The notes: generated by a model not told the origin, from the letters alone. Shown: positions 1 through 12,970, numbered from the stretch's first letter. The stretch is 64,000 nt of DNA from Proteromonas lacertae (GCA_002245135.1 NGBS01000304.1:62001-126000); one strand, 5' to 3'. Made by a program: numbers and translations.

Positions 1-6
1 AATAAG

Positions 7-1251
7 ATGTTAAAATATTCAGATTTTAGAGGAAAGAACAGAAGATTTGGCTATAAGCATAGATATGATAATGATAATGATAAAGCAGAAGATATGAATA
101 TGTGGGAAGGACATGATATAGAAAATAATGATATCGTAAGAAATCTAGGTAGTATTGATAATTCCTCGTTAATCATGGACAATAGAAAAAAACTTATGAT
201 GAAAGATTATTATTATCATTATTATAACTTTGATTGGAGAGATGAATATCCAATATCTGCAGTAGATGATGAATTAATTAGTGATTGCGACAGTTCTTAT
301 ATATTTGCTACAATATGTTCAATAGAAGCTGTAGAAACTAGAAAAAACAACTTTGTTAATAAATTAAGTAGTCAAGAATATATAGATTGTGATAATAATA
401 ATAATAATAAATGTAATAACAAAAATAGTGGAAATAATAAAATATTAAGCGTAATTGATTATTACTCTGGTAGAACAGTATGTAGTTATAATAATTATAA
501 ATACAGTGGTAGTAGTAATATAGACAATAATAATAATAATACATGTAAAGTGAAAGAATGTGAAAATAGAATTGAAATAAGTAATTTAACTTATTTTATA
601 AGTGGTAAAGAAAGTGATATTCAATCTTTGGTTAGATATGTTCCAGTGATTACAAGAATGAATGTAAATAGTTTATTTGATAAATATAGTAGTAACAAAG
701 GAGAGATATATGATAATATAGAAGAATGTAATGAAAACAGTAATAATGAAGATGATGAAGTTAATCATTGGGTTTCTGTAGTTGGATATGGAAAAGAGAA
801 TAATAAAGAATATTGGATAATTAGAAATGATTTTGGTAAAAATTGGGGAGAAAGGGGATATTTAAAGGTGGCAAAAGGGAAAAATATTTGTGGTATTGGA
901 AAGGAAAATTATTTGATTTATGATGAATCAATTGAAGAAAGAATAGTTACTATATTTATTGTTTCTGTTGTTTCTATACTAATTTTGATGTTATGTATGT
1001 GTTGTTTAGTTTGTTCAATATGTAATATGTTCTTCAGATGTAGTAAATGTGTTTTGTGTAAAAAAGAACCAGAAGATTATATATATAATGAGTTTAAGTA
1101 TAGTTTGAATGAGAAAATATTTAATAATCAATCTTATAATTATCAACAAAAAAAGATGAAACAGGCAAATCAGTTATTTAAAGATATTATTGAGTATAAG
1201 AAGTATTATTTTAAACCTATAACTAATTTACCACTTCCCCTACCTAATTAA
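7..1251 (+). CDS. Papain-family (C1A) cysteine protease-like protein with C-terminal TM helix; catalytic Cys replaced by Ser; 5' end may lie outside the window
   Basis: Motifs FDWRD, CDSSYIFA (cf. CGSCWAF), LSSQEYIDC, NHWVSVVGYG, YWIIRNDFGKNWGERGY and NICGI; hydrophobic, Cys-rich segment IVTIFIVSVVSILILMLCMCC. Confidence 0.85.
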   Translation: MLKYSDFRGKNRRFGYKHRYDNDNDKAEDMNMWEGHDIENNDIVRNLGSIDNSSLIMDNRKKLMMKDYYYHYYNFDWRDEYPISAVDDELISDCDSSYIFATICSIEAVETRKNNFVNKLSSQEYIDCDNNNNNKCNNKNSGNNKILSVIDYYSGRTVCSYNNYKYSGSSNIDNNNNNTCKVKECENRIEISNLTYFISGKESDIQSLVRYVPVITRMNVNSLFDKYSSNKGEIYDNIEECNENSNNEDDEVNHWVSVVGYGKENNKEYWIIRNDFGKNWGERGYLKVAKGKNICGIGKENYLIYDESIEERIVTIFIVSVVSILILMLCMCCLVCSICNMFFRCSKCVLCKKEPEDYIYNEFKYSLNEKIFNNQSYNYQQKKMKQANQLFKDIIEYKKYYFKPITNLPLPLPN

Positions 1252-1358
1252 TGATTTTTTCTCCTCTTAATTTATGATTTTATATTTGTTAATATTGTTA
1301 TTGTGTTAAAAGATGCTGTAGAAAATCGTTATACATAATAAAAAATATTGATTATTTG

Positions 1359-3957
1359 TTAATTTAAATGATTTACTTCATTTAATAAAGATATTATTCT
1401 TTCTTTATTGTCTTTAGTTATTGCATAATTTAGAGCTTTTTTTAAACATTCCTTACTTTTCTCATATTCTTTCTATTTAGAAATATATATATATCCCATA
1501 TTATAATATACATTCCTCAAATAATAATCTCCAAAAACTCTATAATAACAGTTTAATAGAGCATCACAACATAAATCTTTATTAACTTGGTTTAAATAAG
1601 AAAAAGACTTTTCTTTATCTTCTAACATCAAATAACAATCTCCAATATTCACATATGCAAGATATTTATCATAATTTGTTTTTGAATAATCTAGAGATAG
1701 ATAGAAGAATTTCAAGCATTCATCGTATTTTTTCTATTAATAATATACAACTTCTCGTATTCTATACTAAATAATAATAACAACATCCTAATAGGTTGTA
1801 ATTTGTATATTTATTTGTTGATGAATATTCTAAGGCACTTTCAAAGTAAGGAATTGCTTCTCTATATTCTTTCTATTTATTATTACAATAATAAATATAC
1901 TAAATCAAAATAACAACGACCTAACCAATTATTATTACATGCTTTTTCTTCATTTGTTGATGAATATTCTAAGGCACTTTCAAAGTAAGGAATTGTTTCT
2001 CTATATTCTTTCTACTTATTATTACAATGGTGAATATACTAAATCAAAATAACAATAACCTAATCCATTATTATTACATGCTTTTTCTTCATTTGTTGAT
2101 GAATATTCTAAGGCACTTTCAAAGTAAGGAATTGCATCTCTATATTCTTTCTATTTATTATTACAATAATAAATATACTAAATCAAAATAACAACGACCT
2201 AACCAATTATTATTACATGCTTTTTCTTCATTTGTTGATGAATATTCTAAGGCACTTTCAAAGTAAGGAATTGCTTCTCTATATTCTTTCTATTTATTAT
2301 TACAATAATAAATATACTAAATCAAAATAACAACGACCTAACCAATTATTATTACATGCTTTTTCTTCATTTGTTGATGAATATTCTAAGGCACTTTCAA
2401 AGTAAGGAATTGTTTCTCTATATTCTTTCTACTTATTATTACAATGGTGAATATACTAAAAAAAAATAACAATAACCTAATCCATTATTATTACATGCTT
2501 TTTCTTCATTTGTTGATGAATATTCTAAGGCACTTTCAAAGTAAGGAATTGCATCTCTATATTCTTTCTAATTAAATTCATTATAGTATTCATACTGTAT
2601 AGTAAAAACAAATACCAATCATTCTGTTATTATATTCTTTTTCTTCATTTCTTGATGAATATTCTAATGCAATTTTATAATATATAATTGCTTCCACATA
2701 ACGATTCTAATGAATAATTATTATATATATACAATTTTATAATAACAATTTCCTATATTACAATTATTCATTCGTATATCTTCATTTAATGTAGAAAATA
2801 GTAAAGCTTTTTTATAATATTGAATTGATTTTTGATATTCATTCTACGCTATATATCAATCTATAAATACTAATTTAAAATAACAACCTCCTAGCCGATT
2901 ATAACAATGCTTTTTATTATCACTTTCTGAAGCATATTCTAATCCATTTTCGTAATATGGAATTGTTTCTCTGTATTCTTTCTATTCATTTTATAATATA
3001 TAACAATATACATTTTCATAATAATAATCTCCTATTATCTCATTCATTTCACAGTTTTCTTTTTGTGAATTGTTTTCTCTCATTTCTACCATCATTTCAT
3101 TCGCTTTTTCTTTTTCTTTATTCTTCAATAATTCAATAATAACATTAACTCTAATTCTGAATATTAATTCTTCTATTGTCATTCGATTATACTTTTCCAC
3201 TGTTAGTGATCTTGATAATATATTATTGTATCTTTCGTTTAGTTTATCATTATTTTCATATTTAAATTCTGTTATAGATTTTATTAAATCAGATATTGAA
3301 TTGGTTTTAAATGGAATTTCTTTTCTTAATAATCTATAATAGATTATTCCTATATTCCATATATCACTTGCAACATTCATTTCTTCATCTTTCAATATTT
3401 CTGGACTTAAATATATTATCTCATCCATATCTCTTTTTATATCATTTAATCTGTCTTTCAATAACAAATATTTTAAATTATCAACTATTATTATATCTCC
3501 TTCTTCATTCAACAACATATTATTCAGTTTGATATTGTTATATATCATACTATTTTCTTCCAATGTCTTTATCGCTTTTATCAATTTTAACATTATCTCA
3601 TTGATTTCTATCTCTTTTAACTCTTTCTTAAACATTAACTCTTCTAAGTTACTCTCATATTTATTCATTATCAATATCACATATTTTTCGGTAATTATGT
3701 ATTTATCATATATCAATACATTGCTCACTCTCAAATTACTCGATTTCTCTAGTGATTCAACAAAACGATCCAGACACCTCAAATTCATTTTATCTCTGTT
3801 ATATATCTTCACATATTTTATATCATTACTATTCTTTTCTTTAACTTCCAACAAAACACTTAAATCACTCTTCTTTATCACTCTTATCAACTATTTCATA
3901 TAAAACAACAGTAAAATATACAGAATATTCATCACTTATACTTTCAAATTCTTCCAT
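1359..3957 (-). CDS. Multi-exon pseudokinase + TPR-repeat protein
   Basis: ATG at 3957, then a short intron, then a kinase-fold exon (IYNNIKLNNMLL, IVDNL, YLSPE, SDIWNIG). About 11 short TPR-like exons follow, e.g. KEYREAIPYFESALEYSSTNEEKACNNNWLGRCYFDL, separated by phase-0 introns. Stop TAA at 1359-1361. Confidence 0.8.
1815..2570 (-). repeat. 139-bp tandem repeat (111-nt exon + 28-nt intron), ~5.5 copies, with 417-bp higher-order periodicity
   Basis: atgaatattc recurs at 1821, 1960, 2099, 2238, 2377 and 2516; variants gcttct/gtttct/gcatct cycle A-B-C-A-B-C. Confidence 0.95.
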
Positions 3958-4099
3958 TCTTAAGAAATTTTAATCTCAAAATCAATCAAGCCAAATATTT
4001 TTTAAATGTTTTTTTATGTAAATACTTATAGATATTTATTTCATCCATTACATTTAAATATTACTCATAAACACAGTATAATATATAATAAAAATTCAT

Positions 4100-6222
4100 T
4101 TAATGACTTACAGATACAAGATCTCCAAGTTCTTTTAAAAACTCACGACTATTTACTAACTCACTACAGCCATAAATTATATTCTTCTTACTTCGACTAC
4201 TTTTACTATAACTCTTTAAATTCTCATATTCACTATAACAACCACCTCCAATTACAAACACAATCACATTATCAAATGTTGTGCCTTTCAAATAATCAGC
4301 TATTCCTCGAATATCATTCACTTTTGGATCATAAAATAAATAGCCATCACTACTACTTCCACTTCCTTTTCGATTTATTATATCATCCACTAATTGGGTT
4401 GTTGTATAATTCTTACTTGATGGTAAATAATGTTTCACTTGAGCTGTAGCCATCGATAATAAACCAGATGCAGTATTTAATATAGAACTAACACCATGGC
4501 CATTATTACTATTATTAATATCTTGCTGAGGCATTAATATCGATTTCATTTCTTTCAAAAATTTCAAACTATCAATCGATATATCTCCTCCTCTTTGTTC
4601 AACTGTTAAATTATTACTCACTTCTTCCATACATTTCATTATTTCATCTACATCACTCATACTACTCTTTTCATTGCAAATATATACTCCAGCTAGTCTT
4701 AGTTTATCTTCAAAACATTCCTTTTGTTTTGTTATGTCTTTTAATAAGCCCAAAACTTTATTCTTATTTCCATTTCCACTTAAGATTTCTTCTTCAGCTG
4801 AACCAAAGGTTGGAGGGTCTCTTTCTAATACGACTTTCATTATAGCTTTCAATATTTGAGTATGCATTTCTAAACTCATTTTTTCATCTAAAATTTCTTG
4901 AACTGTGTCAACTGCTGATAATAAACCTCGAGTACTTTCAGCTATACAATAAATTAGATTGAAAAAATGAAAAAAAAATTAATATATATATATATAATAC
5001 ATGAATCACTTTGACTAGTCTTTGCTTTATTTCTTACTTCTTTCTCTTTTTCACTCACTATATCAATTTGTTTACGATTATTCTCAACTACTTCTGGGAA
5101 TGGTAATAATGCGTTATTCCTCCAAAATTCATCATTAGTTGAATCCATATAATATGATTTATTCTTTTTTACACCACTTTCTTCAATAGTTATTTTCACT
5201 CTATTATGGTGAAAAGGTAATAAATCAGACATTAATTCCTAGTAATAATAATAATAATAATAATACTAAGTATGAAGTAGTATGGTACAAAGGAATAGCT
5301 GGATTATCAGTTCTATCAACAACAACCATTAAAGGTCGAGAATAATAACTACCTTCACCGTGGTTAAATATTTCACTTCTACTTGCTAAGTTATCTCGTA
5401 ACATTTGATCTAATAGTGTAACAACTCTTTTGGAACATGAATCAGCTGGTGGTGATACTAAAATCTATTTAAAGAAATTTAAAAAAAGATAGAAACATAT
5501 ATAAAAATAATAATTATATATATATATATATATATACTGGGACAGTTCCCATAGTCACTAAAACTGGGAATAAAGAGTCACATATAAACTTCACCATTTC
5601 ATTAATCTCTTTCTCACCATTCTTTGGATTATTAATCATATAAAAACTGTTCTTCATATTTAAGGAGAATAAATCTTCTTCTAATGATATGAATCCACAG
5701 AATTGATCGTATATGGAGGTTATTATTGAAGTTGACTTTGTTTCGATTGTTTTTCTTGCTAATAATTCTAATAATGGTCTAGGGAGAGGAGTACTGAAGT
5801 TTAAATAGATTGAATCGTATAAATGATCTTTACAATCTTCACATACTCTTAATATATTCTCTTCTGTTGGCTGGATGAAGTAGATAACATCAACATCTGA
5901 GATTCTTTCACGTTTTGAATGTAATTGCATGTGCAGTGTTACACCATTTTCTTTTAACACTTTGGTGTTTAAGACTGGTAGGATTGTGTCTCTACAAAAT
6001 TCATCATAACTAAAAGTTTTATAACACAAAATTATACATCAATAATTTCCATTTGTTTAATCCTTCTCTTCTACAAAATATATACAATCGTAATATACCC
6101 TTCCATTTCTAAATCCTCAGAAGATTTGTTAAAGTTTAGCATTTTAACAAGAGCAGCTGGTAAAAATACATTATAAACCATTATATACCCTCTTGAAGCG
6201 AACGAAGCGTTTGATGTTCCAT
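4100..6222 (-). CDS. SLY1: Sec1/Munc18-family protein, Sly1/SCFD1 type (multi-exon)
   Basis: Motifs LKENGVTLHMQLHSKRERISDVDVIYFIQPTEENI, FISLEEDLFSL, LPFPEVVE, VIVFVIGGGCYSEY and IIYGCSELVNSREFL. Confidence 0.9.
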
Positions 6223-6305
6223 TATATGCAAAATATTAAAAATCAAGAAAAAAGTTGTGGTTTGAAACAACAAGCCTTCTTTTCTTTTCAATCGCATTTT
6301 TTGTT

Positions 6306-6768
6306 ATGATGACAAACCGTGCTCCAAGAAAAGCATTATTTAGTGGATCAAGATATGTATTCCTATACATTCTAATATATTACTAGGATGATAAAGGCGA
6401 TCTTCTTGAAAGACAACCACTAAATTCTGAAACTCAAAATTCATTGATAGATGATAATAATGCTCAAATTGACGATATTTATAATAAAACATTAGCATTG
6501 AAAGATGTATTTTTATACTTTATTGTTAATGTATAGATTGGTGTAGATATTCATAGTGAAATAGAAAGTCACAATCAGATTATTAGAGGAATGGTATTTG
6601 TAGAATTTATTTAAATAGAATGATTCAATGAGTAATACTGTAAGTGGTTTATCAGGAGCAATTAATAATGTAAAACATATGTTTGATAGCGGTGGTACTA
6701 GTTCGATGTGTTTAGTAATCATAATTATTGTTCTAGCATTTGTAGCAGGTTGGAAATTATTGTTTTGA
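6306..6768 (+). CDS. BET1: Qc-SNARE, Bet1-like (4 exons, missed by the ORF track)
   Basis: Spliced by eye: MMTNRAPRKALFSGSRY..NNAQIDDIYNKTLALKD-IGVDIHSEIESHNQIIRGM-NDSMSNTVSGLSGAINNVKHMF..MCLVIIIIVLAFVAGWKLLF*. This gives a SNARE heptad plus a C-terminal TM. Confidence 0.75.
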
Positions 6769-6839
6769 ATATTTTTCTATGTTATTATTCTATTGTTTTA
6801 TAAACAACAACAAAAAACATAAAACAATTAACTTATTCA

Positions 6840-6853
6840 TTATTCAGAATTGA

Positions 6854-6887
<34 letters not shown>

Positions 6888-7721
6888 TGCATTGCTATTA
6901 CTTACTTTCCTTCTTTTCTTCGCTAATAGATTGTTAATATCAATGGTTAAAACACCTTGATGAGAATTATTATGATTCTTTAAAGGTTGAGTTTTAATGA
7001 TTTTTGTTTCATTTTCTTTTATAGACAATCCAGCTTCACCTATATTAACCATATGCGCAAAACATAACGCATTTTCTATAGTCTTTTCTGGATTCTTTGG
7101 ATCATATAGATATGATAAATTAACTCCATCTTGTTTAACACTAACTTTAAATTTGTTTTGGAAATTCTCTATTCTCTTATCAGGCTTTTTATTTGTTACA
7201 CTAGTCGCATTACGTGTGAAACTAGAGGTTTTCTTCTCATTTATCACCTCATTCTGTTTCTTTGCAGTTTGTTTCTGTGTCATATTTCTGGAAAGCATTG
7301 GAATGTTTGGCAAACCTCTAAACATGCTAAAACATGCTTCACCCATCATGACCCAATCCATACTGTTGTTTGAAGAGTATTTTCTCTTAATTGCTGAAAC
7401 AAATGCTGCCATAGAATTCTATATGTATGTAACTATAAAATTATACAGAATTATCATTTCGTCTCATCCTAAATGCTCTAACTTTAGCTATATCTGCTAA
7501 AACTTTATATATTGCTGTGCTTGTCTCAGTTTCTTTCATAGTTCTCCCTATATAAATTATATATTTACTCATACTCAGATCTTGGCTGTTAATTGAAACA
7601 AGAACAGGTAAATATCTATCAGATGGATTCTTCAACTCAGTTTTATGATCCTCTATCCATGCTAATGTACATTGACATCTATACATCACTAAATATAATG
7701 TCTATACTCTTCATTTTCCAT
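6840..7721 (-). CDS. NSE4: Nse4/EID-like SMC5-6 kleisin subunit (multi-exon)
   Basis: DW..MG..CF segment, then YDPKNPEKTIENALCFAHMVNIG and HQGVLTID, resembling the Nse4 C-terminal domain. Confidence 0.55.
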
Positions 7722-7802
7722 TTTTAAAAACCAAAAGCTTGATAAATCAAATAAGCTTGAATGTAGAATAAAGTTTGACTGTATTTATTACATAGACAGA
7801 AT

Positions 7803-9146
7803 ATGGATTTATTTATTATACAGCATTGTGATGATGATGAAAGTATTTTATTTTGCATATTTTATAGATGATTTAATGGGATATCTCAGTCAATTGGATG
7901 AAAATGGTGTAAAAACGTTATTAGCTACTTTAAATAACTATCATTTGTGGAAAGAATTTCAAAAGATCTCTGTTCCATTGATCAAAGTGCTTGTCACAAA
8001 GATAATACAAAATGTACATAGTGCTATTGAGCTGTTAGTTGAAATACTGAAATACTCTATTGTTGATCCATCAGTACTTCAAATATCCAATCTATTTTCA
8101 TATGTGCCTGAAATTATTGAAAAAGTGTATAATTATAGTTATTTATTAAACATGTATAGAAAAGAAGAAGAAGAATATGATGAGTTGACATCTAGCTTTG
8201 CAATCCTTGTAATGCAAAGAATGCCGTTGAGTGAACAAGTTTATTTTTATGAAGAATATAAAAATGTATTTTTACATAATTTCTAATGTTATAGATAATT
8301 AAAAAAACTAAAAACAATCGTTTAAAATATTATGAACCAGGTAAAACAAATTACCCAAATGGATTATATGGAGTTATACCAGAAGATAGAATATTTATTA
8401 ATACAAAAACAGCTGAAAGGAAATATAAATACATAGTAGAAGAAAATGTAATAAATGGAAATGGCTGTAACAAAAAGCATGAAGGTGAAGCAACTGTTGA
8501 TGAAAATGGTATACAAATATTGAACCGTAATGGGAATGGTTTTGAAGGAAGATTGTATGGAAATTTGTTTGTAAAAAAGGAGAATGATAAAAATTATACA
8601 ATATACAATAGAATGAATGATTTAATAAATCAATGTGATTGCTATCAGTTATATAAGAATAATAATAACGATAATAGTGTAGATTATAATCTATTAGAAT
8701 TGAATCAAGATGTAGAAATGTCAACTGAAGGAGATATAGAGGTAAATAAGGGAGATGAGATTCATTTCATGATGAAGATAAGTGGTAGCATCAATAAAGA
8801 AAAATGGTTTTTGAAAATTGGAAGTAAAAGGGGAAAAATTATTCATTTTGTCGTTAATAAAGAAAATAAAGTTGAAATATGTTATAATGAAGATGATAAA
8901 AGTGAAATATGTGAAAAAGAAGTAAAGCCAAATGAGTTTATTGAAATACACCATCAATTTAAAGATGATGTGAAAGGAAAATTGGGGATTAAAAGATTAA
9001 ATGGATCTATTTTCTGTATAAAAATATTGCACATACTAAAGAAAAAGAAGAGGTGAAATACTTTTGGCCATTAATTGTTCCATATAATTTAGAGAATATA
9101 ATTCATAATGATAATGATAAAGGAAGTAATTTAGTATTAAATGGGT

Positions 9147-9185
<39 letters not shown>

Positions 9186-9392
9186 TCCTAGCTTTGATAA
9201 AGTAGTAAGATATTTACATATAAAATTGCCATATTTCTATATGAATGATTATTTATACTCATTTTACAGTAATGAATCACGTATTGTAATACGTAACAGA
9301 TATCCTATTAGGATAGAGAATATTGATAATTTCCAAATAAAGATAAATATTGTTGGAAATATAACTTCATTAAAATACTTGAAAATAGTAAT

Positions 9393-9424
<32 letters not shown>

Positions 9425-12400
9425 TTCTATGCTGTTGTTAGGATGGTAAAGGAAACGATTATAAAAATAATGATAAACTTATGTATAATACTGAGATAGT
9501 AATAAAAGAAGAAAGAGAAGTAGAAAAAGAAAAGAAAATAATATATAAAATGACGATAAATGATGATCATGAAATGAATTATGTAATATCAGATTTTCAA
9601 AAGGATGATATAGATAATACATTTTCATTTTTATTTTCACCAAATGTAGTTAATTTCAATTTCAGAAAGGACAATAATTATGATGGAGATATGTATACAT
9701 GTAATAACATAAAAATTGATAAAAATACTGACTATTACATCACTACTGAGACTGATATGCAGTTTGAGAATTATAAAGTCAGTATTGTTGGACAGAAAAA
9801 GAATTACAGTAAGGATGATGGTTTTATAAATGGAAATAATCAATACAAAATAGAAGTAGAAGAAGAATCTCCAGAAGCTGATTTCTTTGGATATAATTTG
9901 TTACATAAAGAGAATATATTTAATGGGATTATTGAATATAATGATGATCCTGATAATAAAGATCATAAGGGAAGATATAACAATAATGAAAACAGTTTAA
10001 TAGAAATAAAGAAAAATGGAGATTTGTGTGTTATAAGAAGAGAGTATTTGTTATTCATATAATTATATTGAAAATAGTAAATCAGCTAATCCTAATCAGC
10101 TAGATAAATGCCAATTTAACATGCCAACTATTTATGACAAATATGAAGATCATAGAATAGGAATAAAGAACTCAAGTGCTCCAGGAATAAAGAATGCTTG
10201 TTATATGATTTGTGCATTTCAAGGATTATATAATTCCAATGAAATATTAAACTTATCATATAATGATTATGAAGAAAAGGATCCAAGTATATATATATAT
10301 ATACATTATTTACTACTTATGAATATAGTTATTAAATGTGTCTATAAAATACTACACGACTTGGATATTGCTAATTATAGCATAAATTTAACACAATTTG
10401 TTGAGGAAATGTGTAAGATTGGTAAATTTGCAGATTTTACGTATAACAATCAACAAGATTCAGCAGAATTTTTAGAACTTTTATTGGATTATTGTATAGA
10501 AAAATCTGAACATGTTAGAAAATATTTTACATCAAAAGCTCATACATTAACTTTGTGTATGAATTGTGAAAAAAGAGAAGAAAGAGATGCAGGTGATCAT
10601 AATATTTTAGAATGTTTTCTACCACAAAGATTCTTTCCTATATATAAAATTAGGTATAAAAAAGATGTATATATATATATATATATTCAACTTTATTTAC
10701 ATTATAAAATAGGATTATGTGTTAAAAAAGTTGAATAAGTATGATGATAATGATGAAGAAGAGGATGATGATGATGAAAAAGACAAAATAATTGATATAG
10801 TATTCTCTTCTGATGAAGTAGTATATATAAATATATATAGTCTTTTATATTAGCCACGAAATATTATGTATGTATCAAGAAAAACAAAACCAGTAAGAGG
10901 TGATCAATATTTGACATTAATATCAAATGAAGCAAATAATGAATATGAAAATGATGAAAATGTTAAGTGTAAAACATTGAAAATAGGAAATGTATTGATA
11001 TATTTATTATTCTCTCTATATATATTAGACTAAATTGTATTGTTATTATGACTCAATTCATCCTCCAATTACCAATATTAAAGTTGTTGAATCAATGAAA
11101 AATTCATCAAATGATTATTGTGCTGAATTTGCGATTAAGAATAGAAATTATAAAATATCATGTGTTTATGATTTACCTATAGTTGAAGGAGGTATTTATG
11201 AACCAGAAATAGCAAAAAGATATATTAAAGAACATAATGAGGAGATTAAAAGAAGATGTGAAAAAAGTGAAGGTGTTCAACATACAATTATTGATGTGAA
11301 AGATAGAAAAAATGATAAAGGATATGAAAAGAAGCATACTAAAAATGAAAAAAACTTGTATATATATATATCTTATATAATAATATGAATTTAGTACAAC
11401 ATTGAAAATTGGAACATTCATTTCAAATGGAAAGAAATTAAAAATAAGAGATGAAATAGTTATTCATAGAGTTAAAATTGAAGTATCATATAATAATAGT
11501 GTATATAGTGATGAAGTATTTATATATTATATTTACATACATGTTATTATATTTAGGGGTTTTTAGTATTTGATGAAAATTGTACATATTTTTGGGGAAG
11601 TAATTCATATTCAATATATATTGAGATTTATGATAGGAAAAAAATAAAAAATTGTAAATGTGATCTCTATATGTTTAAATGGGATAAGAAATTTATGCTT
11701 GATGCTGTATATATATATTGATAGTTATTATTTTTATAATAGAGAGGAGATATTTCTTCAATATCAGACAACAGTATTTATTCATATTATGCAGTTAATG
11801 ATAACAGTCTATTTATACATTTATTTTTATCTACTTCTACAACACCTCCAGTTCCTATAATCCCTCAATCATATTCTGGTTATATTGGGGAGTTTTTTGA
11901 TGATAATAATGATGAAGAAGATGATGAAAATGATAATATTACTGAGATTCTTGTTATTCAAAACACTGTTATATATTTCAACAAAGATACTCATACAATA
12001 ACAAATGAAACACTTACAACTGAAAATTGTAAAGAAATAATGAAGAATAAGTATTATATAAAAGAAAGTGAAGAAATAATGTATAAGAATGTTTTACCGT
12101 TTTATCGTTGTTATGATGTAAGTCTTCAAAGTATGATTGAAAAGCATTTATATGATTGTGAAGTGGGAGAAAGAGGATGTGAATGTAAAAAAGGTAAAGA
12201 AAAATCAAATAAATTGATTTGTATTATATAATTGCTTTAATAATAATAGATTCGTTCATGTTAGAATCAGATTTGCCACAATATTTGTTATTCACTAATA
12301 ATTCAGAAGATAATGTATATTTTTTTATATATTTTTTTATATATTTATTATTTGAATTAGTTCATTAAAATATCTCCTACAATAAAAATCAGACAGAATA

Positions 12401-12891
12401 ACTTTCCATATAAGGATGTAGATTATGCAGTCTATGGCTTAATTTTGCACTGTGGTACTAATGAGGGTGGACATTATACATGCTATTTCAGAAGAAGTGA
12501 AAGTAGAAACATCAGAAAAGCAGATGATGAAGAAAACTGCTGGTATTTCTTTGATGATGAAATAGCTGTAACAAGAAATTGGGAAGAAATATTAACAAAT
12601 TTACTTTGCACTCCATTAACTCGTATTAGAAAAGTGTTTTTATCCAGAATTGATGATAAATCTAAAGACCATCATAAATGTAAAGGAATAGAAATGATAA
12701 AACCAATTGGTGGATTAGAAGATGATTTATATTATAGACTATATGATATGTATTATCCACCACTATTAAAGGAGTTTGATGATTATAAGAAAGATGCTGG
12801 AAAGTTGGATCTAGAGAAAAAAGAATTTGAAGTTAAAAAAATTAAACCAAAAATATGTGGTTGTGGAAAAAAATACTATCCATTTAAATAG
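7803..12891 (+). CDS. Large multi-exon ubiquitin-specific protease (peptidase C19); the N-terminal part (7803-~10050) could be a separate gene
   Basis: Cys box GIKN..NACYMICAFQGL, QQDSAEFL, CMNC, His box HCGTNEGGHYTCY and WYFFDDE; upstream ORF fragments are co-oriented and linked by small introns. Confidence 0.65.
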
Positions 12892-12970
12892 AAAAACATA
12901 ATATTATTATAAATTCATATTTTTATATTATTATTTTTTCCCCCTAATAAATAAATGATATAAATAAGAT

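Noticed and set aside
1815..2570. CRISPR-like array
   Set aside because: No unique spacers; units are coding exons plus introns in a eukaryotic gene; no cas genes
4954..12231. Many short ORFs ending in I/Y/F-rich tails as separate small proteins or a non-standard genetic code
   Set aside because: They are exons reading into AT-rich mini-introns; the standard code with splicing restores the genes
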